Part shown: in pieces, positions 26,263 through 35,935 of the stretch
Layout of the letters: each line of letters opens with the position of its first letter
How positions within the stretch are numbered: the stretch's first letter is position 1
Source of the DNA: Dehalococcoidia bacterium
GTDB lineage: Bacteria; Chloroflexota; Dehalococcoidia; Lucifugimonadales; UBA1123
Assembly: GCA_965208795.1 (NCBI GenBank)
Contig: CBDBPQ010000001.1
Coordinates: 21,895-85,894 of the forward strand
Direction of reading: 5' to 3'
DNA: 64,000 bases
Notes under the pieces: generated by a model
The model's database searches: none
The model's input: the letters and a program-made list of their open reading frames with translations, nothing else
What the model was told of the DNA's origin: nothing
Program-made: the position numbers and the translations under genes

Positions 26263-27825
26263 ATGAACACATCGGAATTTCTGGCTATCTCCAACGCCAT
26301 AGTGCCGGATCGCGCGGCGATCGTATTCGAAGGCAAGCGAACCACCTATGAACAGCTCCAGTACAGGGTGAACCGGCTTGCCAACGCCCTGCGCGAGATC
26401 GGCATCGGCCCCGGCGACCGCATCGGAATTGTTGAGGTGAACACCGGCGCTGTTGTAGAAACCTACTTCGCCTCCGCCAAGTCGGACGGGGTATTCGTGC
26501 CGCTCAACTTCCGCGCCCGCGCCGACGAGTTGGCGTTCATGATTCAGGATTCCGCCCCCAAGGTCCTGCTCGCCGGCGGCAGATACCTCGACCTCATAGA
26601 CTCCATCGCCGACGATCTAGAATGCGTCGAGCATTACGTGTCGCTCGACGGCGAACGGGACGGCTGGCTGTCATACTCCGCCCTCATAGACGGCGCGGAC
26701 GACGAAGAGATGTGGCCCACTCACGACGAAGACGACCTGTCCGTCATCCTCTTCACCTCCGGCACAACCAGCTTTCCCAAGGGCGTAATGCTCACCCACA
26801 ACAGCTTCGCGTCCTACATACTCAGCCACGTTACCCCCGCCGACCCGGAACTCGCCGAGAGCAACGTGCTCACCGTGCCTCTTTACCATATAGCCGGGAT
26901 GCAGGCCATGATCAGCGCCATCTACGGCGGCAGAACGCTCGCCATCCAGCGCCAGTTCGAGCCGAGCGACTGGATGCGAATCGTCGAAGAAGAGCGGGTG
27001 GATCGCGCCATGATGGTCCCAACCATGCTCAAAATGCTCATGGATCACGAAGAATTCCACAATCGCGACCTTAGCAGCCTGAGCGTCATCACCTACGGCG
27101 CCGCCCCAATGCCCGTTGAGGTCATCCGTCGCGCCATCGTCGAATTCCCCGGCGTTCAGTTCATCAATGCCTTCGGACAGACTGAGACCGCGGCCACCAT
27201 AACCATGCTCCCGCCTGATGATCACGTGCTGACCGGCTCAGAAGAGGAGATCGAACGCAAGCTCAAGCGGCTGACCTCTATCGGCAAGCCCCTCGAAGAC
27301 GTCGAAGTGCGAATCGTAGATGAAGACGCCCACGACACCCCGGTCGGCGAAGTCGGCGAGATAGTGGCGCGAGGCCAGCGGCTGATGAAGGGCTACTGGG
27401 GCCAGGAGTCCCAGACAGCCGAGACCATCAAGGACGGTTGGCTCTACACCGGAGACCTCGGCTACTGGGACGATGACGGCTACATATTCCTGGCCGGACG
27501 CGCCCGCGACTTCATCAAGCGCGGCGGCGAGATGATCTCGCCCGAAGAGGTCGAACAGGTCCTCCACTCCCACCCCGCCATCGAAGAAGCCGCCATCATC
27601 GGCGTAGAAGACATAGACTGGGGCGAGCGAGTCCGAGCCGTTGTGGTAGCCACACAGGGTCACATCGTGGATGAGGAGGACGTAATAGAATACTGCCGCC
27701 AGCGCCTCGCCAGCTACAAGAAGCCCGAGTCCGTAGTAGTAGTGGACGAACTCCCCCGCAACCCCATGGGCAAAGTCCTAAAGCGTACCCTGAAAGAGGA
27801 GTTCAGCCATCCGGTAGTAGTGTAG
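26263..27825 (+). CDS. AMP-dependent acyl-CoA synthetase/ligase (FadD-like)
   Basis: ILFTSGTTSFPKGVMLTH, FGQTETA, YTGDLGYWDDDGYIFLAGRARDFIKRGGEMISPEEVE, YKKPESV...PRNPMGKVLK. Confidence 0.85.
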   Translation: MNTSEFLAISNAIVPDRAAIVFEGKRTTYEQLQYRVNRLANALREIGIGPGDRIGIVEVNTGAVVETYFASAKSDGVFVPLNFRARADELAFMIQDSAPKVLLAGGRYLDLIDSIADDLECVEHYVSLDGERDGWLSYSALIDGADDEEMWPTHDEDDLSVILFTSGTTSFPKGVMLTHNSFASYILSHVTPADPELAESNVLTVPLYHIAGMQAMISAIYGGRTLAIQRQFEPSDWMRIVEEERVDRAMMVPTMLKMLMDHEEFHNRDLSSLSVITYGAAPMPVEVIRRAIVEFPGVQFINAFGQTETAATITMLPPDDHVLTGSEEEIERKLKRLTSIGKPLEDVEVRIVDEDAHDTPVGEVGEIVARGQRLMKGYWGQESQTAETIKDGWLYTGDLGYWDDDGYIFLAGRARDFIKRGGEMISPEEVEQVLHSHPAIEEAAIIGVEDIDWGERVRAVVVATQGHIVDEEDVIEYCRQRLASYKKPESVVVVDELPRNPMGKVLKRTLKEEFSHPVVV

Positions 27826-27831
27826 AATAGA

Positions 27832-29121
27832 GTGGCGATGGTTAATGGCACGAAAAGCGAATATGGCTCGTTCAGAGACAGTCTGCGTGCTCCGATCCAT
27901 CGCTGGTTCACATACCCCGCCGGATACTCCTACAAACTGGTTGACGCGAAGATCGCCCAGTACGGCTTGAAGGGCGGCTCGACAGTTGCCGATCCGTTCT
28001 TGGGGACCGGCACCACGTCCGTCGCCGCCAAGATGGCGGGAGTGAACTCCGTAGGCATTGAGGCGCACAGCTTCGTACATTGGGTCGCGCAGACCAAGAT
28101 GTTCCTCAATCACGACTTGACGGACCTTTCCGCATCCGTCCGCGCTGCCATAGAGCAAGCCGATGAGCTAACAGGGCGGTCGGAGTGGTCTGACGTATGG
28201 CCGCCGCTAGTCTATAAGTGCTTCACAGAAGATAATCTGATGCGGTTGGCTGCGCTGCGCCAAGCCATATTCGAATCCGACGTCGAGCCGCACGTCCAAG
28301 ACTTCTTGAAGCTCGCACTGACCTCGACTCTGCGCGTCGTAACAACTGCCGGCGCCGGCTGGCCCTACATAGCTCCGAGCAAGTACCACGCCAAGAAAGT
28401 CGAACGCCACGCCGTCACCGAGTTCCAAGCGCGCTGTGATCTAATGCTGTCGGACCTTCAGCAAATACAATCTATCGGCGTTCCATATTCCTCTCATGAA
28501 GTGATACTCGGAGACGCCCGCAAGTTCGCCTCGTACGTCGAACCCGAAACGATTGACCTCATAGTCACATCGCCGCCCTACCTGAACAACTACGACTATG
28601 CCGATAGGACACGGCTTGAGACTTACTTCTGGGGCTATCACGAGTCCTGGGCGGATATTACGCGTGAGGTCCGCGACCATCTGGTAATGGCTGCCACAAC
28701 TCAAGTGCGAATGTCATCCATGAGTGATGTGATAGAACTCCCTAGCACCCGCAGGGTGGACGAACGCTTACATGCAGAACTGATCGAGATAACTGGCAGG
28801 CTCAGGGAGATGCGATCTGTCAAGAGTGGCAGGAAGACCTACGACTACATGGTAGCGGGCTACTTTGAGGATATGCTTCAAGTCCTGATCAGCGCGCGCG
28901 ACGTCTTGAAGCGCGGTGGTCATTTCGCGCTGGTTCTGGGCGACTCAGCCCCTTATGGCGTCCACGTCCCCACCGAAGAGATAGTCGGCAGGCTTGCCCT
29001 AGCGGTCGGTTTCGCCTCATACGACATAGAACAGCTAAGAACTCGCGGCGGCAAGTGGGGACACAACCCACAACGCCACAAGGTGCCGCTCAAAGAAAGC
29101 ATCCTAACCATAGCCAAGTAG
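27832..29121 (+). CDS. DNA methyltransferase (amino-MTase, N6-A or N4-C), motif I before motif IV
   Basis: HRWFTYPAGYSYKLV...VADPFLGTGTTSVAAKMAG..GIE (AdoMet motif) lies about 190 aa upstream of DLIVTSPPYLNNYDY (catalytic SPPY). Visibly lower GC than the flanks. Start is GTG 27832 or ATG 27838. Confidence 0.75.
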   Translation: MAMVNGTKSEYGSFRDSLRAPIHRWFTYPAGYSYKLVDAKIAQYGLKGGSTVADPFLGTGTTSVAAKMAGVNSVGIEAHSFVHWVAQTKMFLNHDLTDLSASVRAAIEQADELTGRSEWSDVWPPLVYKCFTEDNLMRLAALRQAIFESDVEPHVQDFLKLALTSTLRVVTTAGAGWPYIAPSKYHAKKVERHAVTEFQARCDLMLSDLQQIQSIGVPYSSHEVILGDARKFASYVEPETIDLIVTSPPYLNNYDYADRTRLETYFWGYHESWADITREVRDHLVMAATTQVRMSSMSDVIELPSTRRVDERLHAELIEITGRLREMRSVKSGRKTYDYMVAGYFEDMLQVLISARDVLKRGGHFALVLGDSAPYGVHVPTEEIVGRLALAVGFASYDIEQLRTRGGKWGHNPQRHKVPLKESILTIAK

Positions 29122-29132
29122 TGGGAGAGCTA

Positions 29133-29882
29133 ATGGTTGCCAGGGCAACGAGCGCGTTGGGTCAAGAGGTCGGCAAGCTGTTCGAGGCTGCCGTGCTTGA
29201 GTCCGTGCGCGACGATGTAGAATCCCGTAACTACTCCATTCGTCCCGCTCGGTTGGAAAACGGCACCGGTAACCGATACCAGATCGATGCCGTAATCTTT
29301 GATGCGAATGACCGTCCCGTCATCATGATTGACCCTAAGTACATACGCTACACGAAACACAATCGGGACAAGGGTAGTTGGCTGTGCGTAGCCCACTACA
29401 ATCTGCGGAAGACGCACCGCTCGATTCGTAAATCAATCGCAGTGCTGGCGGGGCGTTGGTCAGAACCCTCCAAAGCGCTGGTGAGAAGTTTTGGCGTAGA
29501 AGCGTTGGAAGTGCCGTTTGACCATATGGCTGATGTGTTGAGAGGATATGGAGTTGAATTCGAGTGGCCGGAATCGGGTGGCGAACCCGTGGCGCGTAAG
29601 TCGTTCAAGCAGTTTTTGGAACTTGACGGTGAGGCCAAAGCAGAAATCGGCGGGCAATTCGTAGCCGGCATAGCCGATAGGCTCCGGGATGAAGTGGTGC
29701 AGGTCTTGAATACTGATATTGCTTCCATCACGACTCAAGTGGCTGAGATAGAAATTCTATTGAAGACCGACCAGAACGAGATGGTACTCTCATCATTCTC
29801 AAGCGTTTCCGATGCAATCAGAGCGCTTGCGGACTTAGTGTCGGACCGTCCAGATATCCGAGCGTTTATCGAGCGGCAATAG
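29133..29882 (+). CDS. putative type II restriction endonuclease (PD-(D/E)xK-like)
   Basis: Begins 12 nt after the MTase stop. YQIDAVIFDANDRPVIMIDPKYIRY fits D...(D/E)xK spacing. No other recognisable domain. Confidence 0.45.
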   Translation: MVARATSALGQEVGKLFEAAVLESVRDDVESRNYSIRPARLENGTGNRYQIDAVIFDANDRPVIMIDPKYIRYTKHNRDKGSWLCVAHYNLRKTHRSIRKSIAVLAGRWSEPSKALVRSFGVEALEVPFDHMADVLRGYGVEFEWPESGGEPVARKSFKQFLELDGEAKAEIGGQFVAGIADRLRDEVVQVLNTDIASITTQVAEIEILLKTDQNEMVLSSFSSVSDAIRALADLVSDRPDIRAFIERQ

Positions 29883-29918
29883 ACGTCACATACTCAATCC
29901 AATGTGAAGGGGTGCAGT

Positions 29919-30272
29919 ATGACTCTCATCAAGGTTCCCATAGAGGTAGTTGGTGCAGATGGAGTTCGGACTAAGAAGATGGAAGCGTTGGTAGATCCTG
30001 CAAACACGTTCGCCATGATTCCTGCCTCAGTGCTTCAAGATTTGGGGTTGAGTGCGATTGAATGTAGCAGGTTCACACTCCCGAATGGCAACTTTCGAGA
30101 ACTCGGAACTTGCGAGACTCGCATCCGAGTACAGGGAGTAGAGCGAACCACCATGATCATCTTCGGATCGGAGGGTGAGAAGCCTAGGCTGGGGTCTTAT
30201 ACCTTGACGGGGCTAGGTCTTGCAGTGGACCCAATGACTCGGAAACTGGTGGAAGCTACCTTGCGCGCCTGA
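29919..30272 (+). CDS. retropepsin-like (clan AA) aspartic protease fold protein with degenerate active-site motif
   Basis: About 117 aa with the layout of bacterial single-domain clan AA proteases (ALVDPANTFAMIPASVLQDLGL...LPNG...LGSYTLTGLGLAVDP), but DTG(A/S) is replaced by DPAN. Confidence 0.45.
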   Translation: MTLIKVPIEVVGADGVRTKKMEALVDPANTFAMIPASVLQDLGLSAIECSRFTLPNGNFRELGTCETRIRVQGVERTTMIIFGSEGEKPRLGSYTLTGLGLAVDPMTRKLVEATLRA

Positions 30273-30276
30273 TCCC

Positions 30277-31539
30277 TCACCCAATCCGCTCGAACCCCGT
30301 GTACTCCCGCAGCGCATCCGGCACTGCGACGGATCCGTCCTCCCGCTGGTAGTTCTCCAGAATCGAGATCATCACGCGCGGCAGCGCCAGCCCGGACCCG
30401 TTCAGCGTATGTACCAGACGCGGCCTCGCGCCCCGCTCCGGCCTGAACCGGATCCGACCGCGCCGCGCCTGGTAGTCCGTGCAGTTCGAGCACGAGCTTA
30501 CCTCCAGCCAGCGGTCCGCGCCCGGCGCCCACATCTCCACGTCGTAGCTCTTGACCGCCGGCGAAGACATATCCCCCGTCGCGAGCTCCAGTACCCGGTA
30601 CGGAATTTCCAGCGCCTTGACCACCTCCTCCGCGGCCGCCGTCAGCGTCTCAAGCTCCTCGAATGAGCGGTCGGGATGGACGAACTTGTACATCTCCACC
30701 TTATCGAACTGGTGCACGCGCATCATCCCGCGCGTGTCCCGTCCCGCAGAATGTCTCTCGCGCCGCCAGCATGGAGTGTGCGCTACGTAGTAGAGGGGCA
30801 GATCGTCTGCGGACAGGATTTCGTCGCGGTGCAGACTCGTGATCGCAGCCTCCGCCGTGGGTAGCATCCACAGGTCGTCCTCAGCGTCGTGATACATCTC
30901 CTCTACGAAGTGGGGCAGATGACTGCTGGCAATCGCCGTGTCGCGGTTCACCATGTAGGGCAGATAGACCTCCGTGAAGCCGTGCCGCTCGACGTGCATA
31001 TCTATCATGAACGAGATGAGCGCGCGCTGGAGCTTCGCGCCCTGTCCGCGCAGCACGAAGAAGCGCGAACCCGCCAGCTTCGCCCCCCTCTCGAAATCGG
31101 CGATTCCCAGACGCTCCACGATGTCCCAGTGCGCCTGCGGCTCGAAATCGAACGACGGCAGATCCCCAACGCGCTTGACCTCTACGTTCGATTCTTCGTC
31201 GTCGCCCACTGGCGCGCTCGCGTCCGGTATGTTCGGAACCGATAGCAGCAGATCGTCCAACTCAGCGTCCGTCTCGCGCTGCGAATCCTCGAGTTCCCGG
31301 ATGCGGCGGCCTACCTCGCGCATCTCATCTATCAGCGCCTGCGGACGCTCCTTCGACCGTCCCATCTCCCTGCTGACCCGGTTGCGGCGCGCGCGCAACT
31401 CGTCTATCTCCACGATGGATGCGCGACGTTCGCGGTCGAGTTCGGCGATCCGGTCTATCGCGTCCGGGTCGGAGCCGCGGCTGAGCATCGCCTCGCGCAC
31501 GGCTGCCGGATCATTGCGGATTAGCTCGATGGAGATCAT
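30277..31539 (-). CDS. serS: seryl-tRNA synthetase
   Basis: N-terminal coiled coil (MISIELIRNDPAAVREAM...). Class II motifs: RFFVLRGQGAKLQRALI, CWRRE.HSAGRDTRGMMRVHQFDKVE, NGSGLALPRVMISILENYQ. Confidence 0.95.
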   Translation of the reverse strand: MISIELIRNDPAAVREAMLSRGSDPDAIDRIAELDRERRASIVEIDELRARRNRVSREMGRSKERPQALIDEMREVGRRIRELEDSQRETDAELDDLLLSVPNIPDASAPVGDDEESNVEVKRVGDLPSFDFEPQAHWDIVERLGIADFERGAKLAGSRFFVLRGQGAKLQRALISFMIDMHVERHGFTEVYLPYMVNRDTAIASSHLPHFVEEMYHDAEDDLWMLPTAEAAITSLHRDEILSADDLPLYYVAHTPCWRRERHSAGRDTRGMMRVHQFDKVEMYKFVHPDRSFEELETLTAAAEEVVKALEIPYRVLELATGDMSSPAVKSYDVEMWAPGADRWLEVSSCSNCTDYQARRGRIRFRPERGARPRLVHTLNGSGLALPRVMISILENYQREDGSVAVPDALREYTGFERIG

Positions 31540-31608
31540 TTCGCCCCTGTTTGTTCTTGTGTGTAGATATGCGTATTTCGAACGAGCCCAGAATTTCGCA
31601 CAGCCGCA

Positions 31609-32340
31609 TCATATCGCTGCCCAGCTTTTCAGTCCGCCCACATCCAACTGGACCTCATCACCCGGCCTTGAGCTTGAAACCCGACTCATGGACCCCGAGA
31701 GCCATACGAACAGTTCTTTAAAGGCAAGTCCTCTCAGACGCAGCGGCTCGCGGTGAGAGAGTTGCGCGAGTTGTTCCATGTCGGCGCCCTCAACGCCGAT
31801 GGCGAAGAAGGCGACTCGTTTGTCTTGCTCAGCGTCTTTGATCATCTGGGACGCGGCCTCTATCTGATCTGACGGCTCGGTCAGTCCTCCATCACAGATC
31901 AGAATTATCCAGGGCCTATAGTAGCTTATCCCGCTGTCTCTGTACCGTCTCTTGCGACTTTCTATGATACTCAATGCCATCTGGATTGCTTGGGCTTCAA
32001 AATTACCTCCACTCGCTTTCAGCTTAGGGGTGGTGTAGTTGTCTGAAGTTACGAAATCCTGGAATAATATCGCTTTACCCAGGCCATCAAGTCCTTCATA
32101 GACTATAGTCGCCACCTCAACTCGCAGAGCGGCGAGGGTGTCTTTTTGCAGTTCATGCTTGAACGTTCGGATTCCATCGTTCAGCGCTCTTATTCTAGGG
32201 CCATGCATCGAACCGGATGTGTCCAAGATGAGCACGCACGGACACCTAGGTTCGGGGTTATCCGCGAACTCCACCATATCCTCAAGTGAATACTCTTCAG
32301 GGTATTGATCGGGCGTGTCCTGTGAATACACTCTACTCAT
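31609..32340 (-). CDS. TerY-like von Willebrand factor A domain protein
   Basis: MIDAS LILDTSGSM, ...ASGGNFEAQAI..., PWIILICDGGLTEP, FFAIGVEGADMEQL. AGGAGG lies 7 nt upstream of the ATG. Visibly lower GC. Confidence 0.7.
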   Translation of the reverse strand: MSRVYSQDTPDQYPEEYSLEDMVEFADNPEPRCPCVLILDTSGSMHGPRIRALNDGIRTFKHELQKDTLAALRVEVATIVYEGLDGLGKAILFQDFVTSDNYTTPKLKASGGNFEAQAIQMALSIIESRKRRYRDSGISYYRPWIILICDGGLTEPSDQIEAASQMIKDAEQDKRVAFFAIGVEGADMEQLAQLSHREPLRLRGLAFKELFVWLSGSMSRVSSSRPGDEVQLDVGGLKSWAAI

Positions 32341-32476
32341 TTTCGAGCCTCCTGATAAAAGCCCTCGCTTCCTTCTCAGTGTATCGGAACTTCGGAACCG
32401 ATAGCCTCAGTTCGCCGTTCTTGGTGGTGTTAGAGTGCGGCAGCTCCAGAAAGAAACGCGGCCCACGATCTTGAAC

Positions 32477-33598
32477 CTAACCCAGAATCTCGCGCAGACG
32501 CTTGATGACGACTTCTTCCGCTCCGTCGCTCAGCGTCAGCAACCTGATGCCGAACCTGTCTCCGGAGTCGAACTCCCTTACCCAGATGCTCGGATTGCCC
32601 GCCCTAAGCTCCTCCACCACGTCCGCGCCCGTCATCCCGGCCGTGTCCTCATCTACTATCACCGTCAGACCCTCTACGGGGCCGTCGTCCGCCAGGTCTT
32701 CCAGCGATATGCCTCCCAAGCCCGCGAGTCCGGCTCTGATGGCCGTCACCCGCGCCTCGTAGGCTGCGAACCTGTCCTCGTGGTTCATCGTCAGCCACGC
32801 CCGCAGCGCGCCATACACCGACACCACTTCTTGCCTGTCCACCTTCATCGGTCGCCCGAAAGACCGCGTTGGCGTCGCCTCGAATCCGATGAAGCTGTGA
32901 GACCGCGCCACGTTCACCAGATCGCTCCGTCCCGTCAGGATGCCGCTCGAATTGACCGCGCCGAAGTACTTCGCTCCATACGCCACCAGGTCCGCGCCCA
33001 TCTTGACGTACTTGTTCAGCAGATCGGTCGGATACACCTGCCCCGCCGCGTCCACGATGATCGGCACGTCGTTGGCGTGGCCTATCTCGATCACCGATTC
33101 CAGCGACAGCGCGCCGGGCGACCGATCGCCGGGCGCGAGGTAGTGGATAGCCGCCGTCTGAGGCCCTATCGCCGCTTCCAGATCGTCCGTCGTTGTCTGG
33201 TTCTCGCCGCCTATCTCTACCAGCCTGCCGCCGGGAATTGTCATGCACCTGTCGTACTTGACCCTCAGCTGCCGCTGAATCAGTATCTCGTTGGGCATAC
33301 CCGAAGTGTCCGGGATGCGCTCGATGCGTTCCTCGTCATCGCCCGTGATGCACGCCGCCGCCGCATACGCCAGCGCGGCAGAGCAGCCGGAAGTTACCAG
33401 CGCGGCGTCCACGTCCAGCATATCGGCGATCCGGACGCCGACCGCGTCCATCAACTCGCTCATGTTTACGTAGTAATCCTCAGCCGCGTCCATCAGCGCC
33501 CGCACCTCCGGCGCGGGCGTGCCGCCGCCTAGCAGCGTGCGGTTGCCTTGCGCGTTGATCACCGGCCTAACGCCAAGCTCTTCGAAGATAGTAGTCAT
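32477..33598 (-). CDS. PLP-dependent enzyme, SelA/DgaE-like (fold type I)
   Basis: VRPVINAQGNRTLLGG, ALVTSGCSAAL, DAAGQVYP, AYGAKYFGAVNSSGILTGR (candidate PLP Lys). Confidence 0.6.
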   Translation of the reverse strand: MTTIFEELGVRPVINAQGNRTLLGGGTPAPEVRALMDAAEDYYVNMSELMDAVGVRIADMLDVDAALVTSGCSAALAYAAAACITGDDEERIERIPDTSGMPNEILIQRQLRVKYDRCMTIPGGRLVEIGGENQTTTDDLEAAIGPQTAAIHYLAPGDRSPGALSLESVIEIGHANDVPIIVDAAGQVYPTDLLNKYVKMGADLVAYGAKYFGAVNSSGILTGRSDLVNVARSHSFIGFEATPTRSFGRPMKVDRQEVVSVYGALRAWLTMNHEDRFAAYEARVTAIRAGLAGLGGISLEDLADDGPVEGLTVIVDEDTAGMTGADVVEELRAGNPSIWVREFDSGDRFGIRLLTLSDGAEEVVIKRLREILG

Positions 33599-33788
33599 GT
33601 CGTTCCTCCGTCCGCCCAGTCCATACGCGGATAACCCCGCGACGTTTCCTCGACATTCTATTCAGCCATCGCCGCCAGCGCAAGACGGAGCGCGGGGGCA
33701 GGGTAGGGCAGGGTGGAGCGGATTTGGGACAAGCTCCTCCAGCGTAGTACAATACTCACGGCAACACACCGAAATGGGGTACGATCTG

Positions 33789-34150
33789 TGAACGTCACAC
33801 ACGTCTGGGTATCGGACTACGCCGATGAGTTGATCGCCACGCCCAGGGCGCGACTGCGAATGACCCTCGCCCAGGACGAGCGCGGCTTGGTACTGACATA
33901 CCGGGAGCGGGAGATACTGCGCTGCTTCCTTACGCCCAACGGGATGATCGCCGGCGGATTCGTCGCCCAAGCCCTGGGACTGCCTCTGCCGCCGCTCGGC
34001 GAATCTCGCCAAACGAGCATCTCCACAGGCGTGCTATACCGCGTCTTGGGCGTATGCCAGCTCGACTACGCCGAAGACGCGTCCTACGTCGTGCTGGAAC
34101 GCCTGCTGGAAGAGGCGCGGATGCAGCGCGGCGCCGCCGGCGGTTACTAG
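33789..34150 (+). CDS. hypothetical protein, possible LuxR/GerE-like HTH
   Basis: LTYREREILRCFL...IAGGFVAQALGL...VLYRVLGV loosely fits a GerE-type HTH with an insertion. The stop abuts the next start. Start GTG 33789 is assumed. Confidence 0.3.
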
Positions 34151-35356
34151 GTGGTTAAGCGCAGTCACAGCCCGAAAGCGCAATCGTACCCTTTGAGGAG
34201 TCTTGGCGCGTTCGCTGCCTGCGTTCTGGCGCTTGCATCCATGATCGCGTGTACCGGCTCAGACGAAGATTCCGCCGCCGCAGACCGCATAGTCGAACTG
34301 GGAAGCCGAGTAGCCGACTTGGAAGCCGGTCAAGCCCGCGCCGCCGAGCGCATGGCCGACCTCGACGACCAGCTTCAGGCTGCCGAAGAATCCGCGTCCA
34401 AAACAAGATCTGCCCCGCCCGACAAGAAGCAATGGTCCAAGGAAGACGTGGAACAGTGGGCCAAGGACAAGGACGAAGCCCCGGAGTCGCCCGAGGAAAG
34501 CGCGGTTAGACTTGCGGACGAATCGGGAGCCGAGGTCACCTACGTTGAACATCCCGCTCGCGAAGCTCACGCGATTCTGGTGACGCCGGCGGATCTCGTC
34601 GAGGGCGAGACTCCGCTTATCGTCTCCCTTCACGGCTTCGGAGGATTGGCGGCCTACCATGCCGAGTCCGTGCCCCTTCACGAGCGCGTCAACTCCGATG
34701 GATTCGCCCTCCTATTGCCCAACGGCGCGCTTGACGCCAACGGAAACCGATTCTGGAACCCTACTGACGAATGTTGCGACGGCGGCAAGTCCGGCGGAGA
34801 CGACATCGCCTACCTGACCGAGTTGGTGGCGCAGGCGGGAAAGGTGAGAGACTTCGGGCATATCTACTTCTTCGGCTATTCCAACGGCGGATTCATGGCG
34901 TATCACATCGCCTGCAAGGGGCTGCCGGGCCTTCGCGCCGTCGCCAGCTTGGCGGGTACGAGCTACGTCGAGGATGCGAACTGCGACGGCGCGCCCCCGG
35001 TTTCAGCGCTGCACGTGCACGGCTACGCCGACGCCGTTATCCGCTTCGATGGCGACGCAACCGAGCCAGACCCCAAGAGCGACGGCGAGACGGCGTTCTA
35101 TGCTGGAGCTGAGGAGATGGTAGCCCGCTGGAGCCGGCGTGCGGGCTGCGACTGGTCCCCGGAATCCCAACCTCAAGCCACCATGGACCTGGATCTAAGC
35201 GTGCCAGGAGCCGAAACCCAAGTATTCCGACCCGAATCCGACTGCGCCAACGGTATCGTCATCGAGCTTTGGGTCAGCCAAGGCAGCGGCCACGCCCCCG
35301 ATTACGGCCATGCCTTCGTGGATGCCCTACTAAACTGGCTACTCTCCCAAACCTGA
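34151..35356 (+). CDS. secreted alpha/beta-hydrolase esterase (LpqC / PHB-depolymerase-type) lipoprotein
   Basis: Lipobox MIAC, coiled-coil linker, LIVSLHGFGG, nucleophile elbow FFGYSNGGFMAY, VHGYADAVI. Confidence 0.7.
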   Translation: MVKRSHSPKAQSYPLRSLGAFAACVLALASMIACTGSDEDSAAADRIVELGSRVADLEAGQARAAERMADLDDQLQAAEESASKTRSAPPDKKQWSKEDVEQWAKDKDEAPESPEESAVRLADESGAEVTYVEHPAREAHAILVTPADLVEGETPLIVSLHGFGGLAAYHAESVPLHERVNSDGFALLLPNGALDANGNRFWNPTDECCDGGKSGGDDIAYLTELVAQAGKVRDFGHIYFFGYSNGGFMAYHIACKGLPGLRAVASLAGTSYVEDANCDGAPPVSALHVHGYADAVIRFDGDATEPDPKSDGETAFYAGAEEMVARWSRRAGCDWSPESQPQATMDLDLSVPGAETQVFRPESDCANGIVIELWVSQGSGHAPDYGHAFVDALLNWLLSQT

Positions 35357-35419
35357 CCGCGCCACCCTCCCAACCCTCTGCGTCTCTGCGCCCCTGAGTT
35401 AGCATTTTGGCGCTCCCGA

Positions 35420-35449
35420 TTGCGCTTGCGCGCATACCTTCTCTATAAT
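35420..35449 (+). promoter_or_regulatory. sigma70-like promoter of hotdog-plsX-fabG-fabL block
   Basis: TTGCGC (35420-25), 18 nt, TATAAT (35444-49), 35 nt before ATG 35484. Confidence 0.4.
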
Positions 35450-35483
35450 CTCTTTCATTGGCGCAATCGCCGCTGAGGTTCGC

Positions 35484-35930
35484 ATGGTCTCCGATTACGA
35501 CGCGCTCACTGCCGGGCAAGAGCTTTGCCGGCGCGCTTACACGCTCGACGAGCCGTTCGTCGCCGCCTACGTCGCCGCCGTCGAGGACGAAAGCGGCGCC
35601 CTGACCGGCGATTCCGGAGAGCCGCTTGTTCCCGCCATGGCCGTCGCAGCGCTGAGCATACAGGGCGTAATCCAAGAGCTTCGCATACCGGGAGGAACCC
35701 TGCACGCGGGCCAGGAGTTTGAGTTTCTCAGCGCCGTTCCGGTCGGCTGGTCGCTCGAATGCGTAGCCACTCTCGCTCAGCATTCGACGCGCGGCGGATG
35801 GCGATTCTTGGTGATAGACTGCGAAGTAACCGGCAAAGACTCGGAGCCCCAAGACCCCGAGCTGATCATGACCGGAAAGAGTACCATCATGATTCCCGCG
35901 GCGCTTGGCCCGCGCGAGATGGCCCAATAA
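35484..35930 (+). CDS. hotdog-fold protein, non-catalytic MaoC_N/HadA-like dehydratase subunit
   Basis: 148 aa and hotdog-sized. Lacks the D-x-N-P-x-H motif. Lies immediately upstream of (5 nt from) a catalytic MaoC partner. Confidence 0.55.
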   Translation: MVSDYDALTAGQELCRRAYTLDEPFVAAYVAAVEDESGALTGDSGEPLVPAMAVAALSIQGVIQELRIPGGTLHAGQEFEFLSAVPVGWSLECVATLAQHSTRGGWRFLVIDCEVTGKDSEPQDPELIMTGKSTIMIPAALGPREMAQ

Positions 35931-35935
35931 CGACC

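Noticed and set aside
27832-32470. Possible prophage or integrative element around serS
   Set aside because: There is no integrase, transposase, tRNA attachment site or flanking direct repeats. serS itself has host-like composition. I treat this as two small islets, not as a mobile element.
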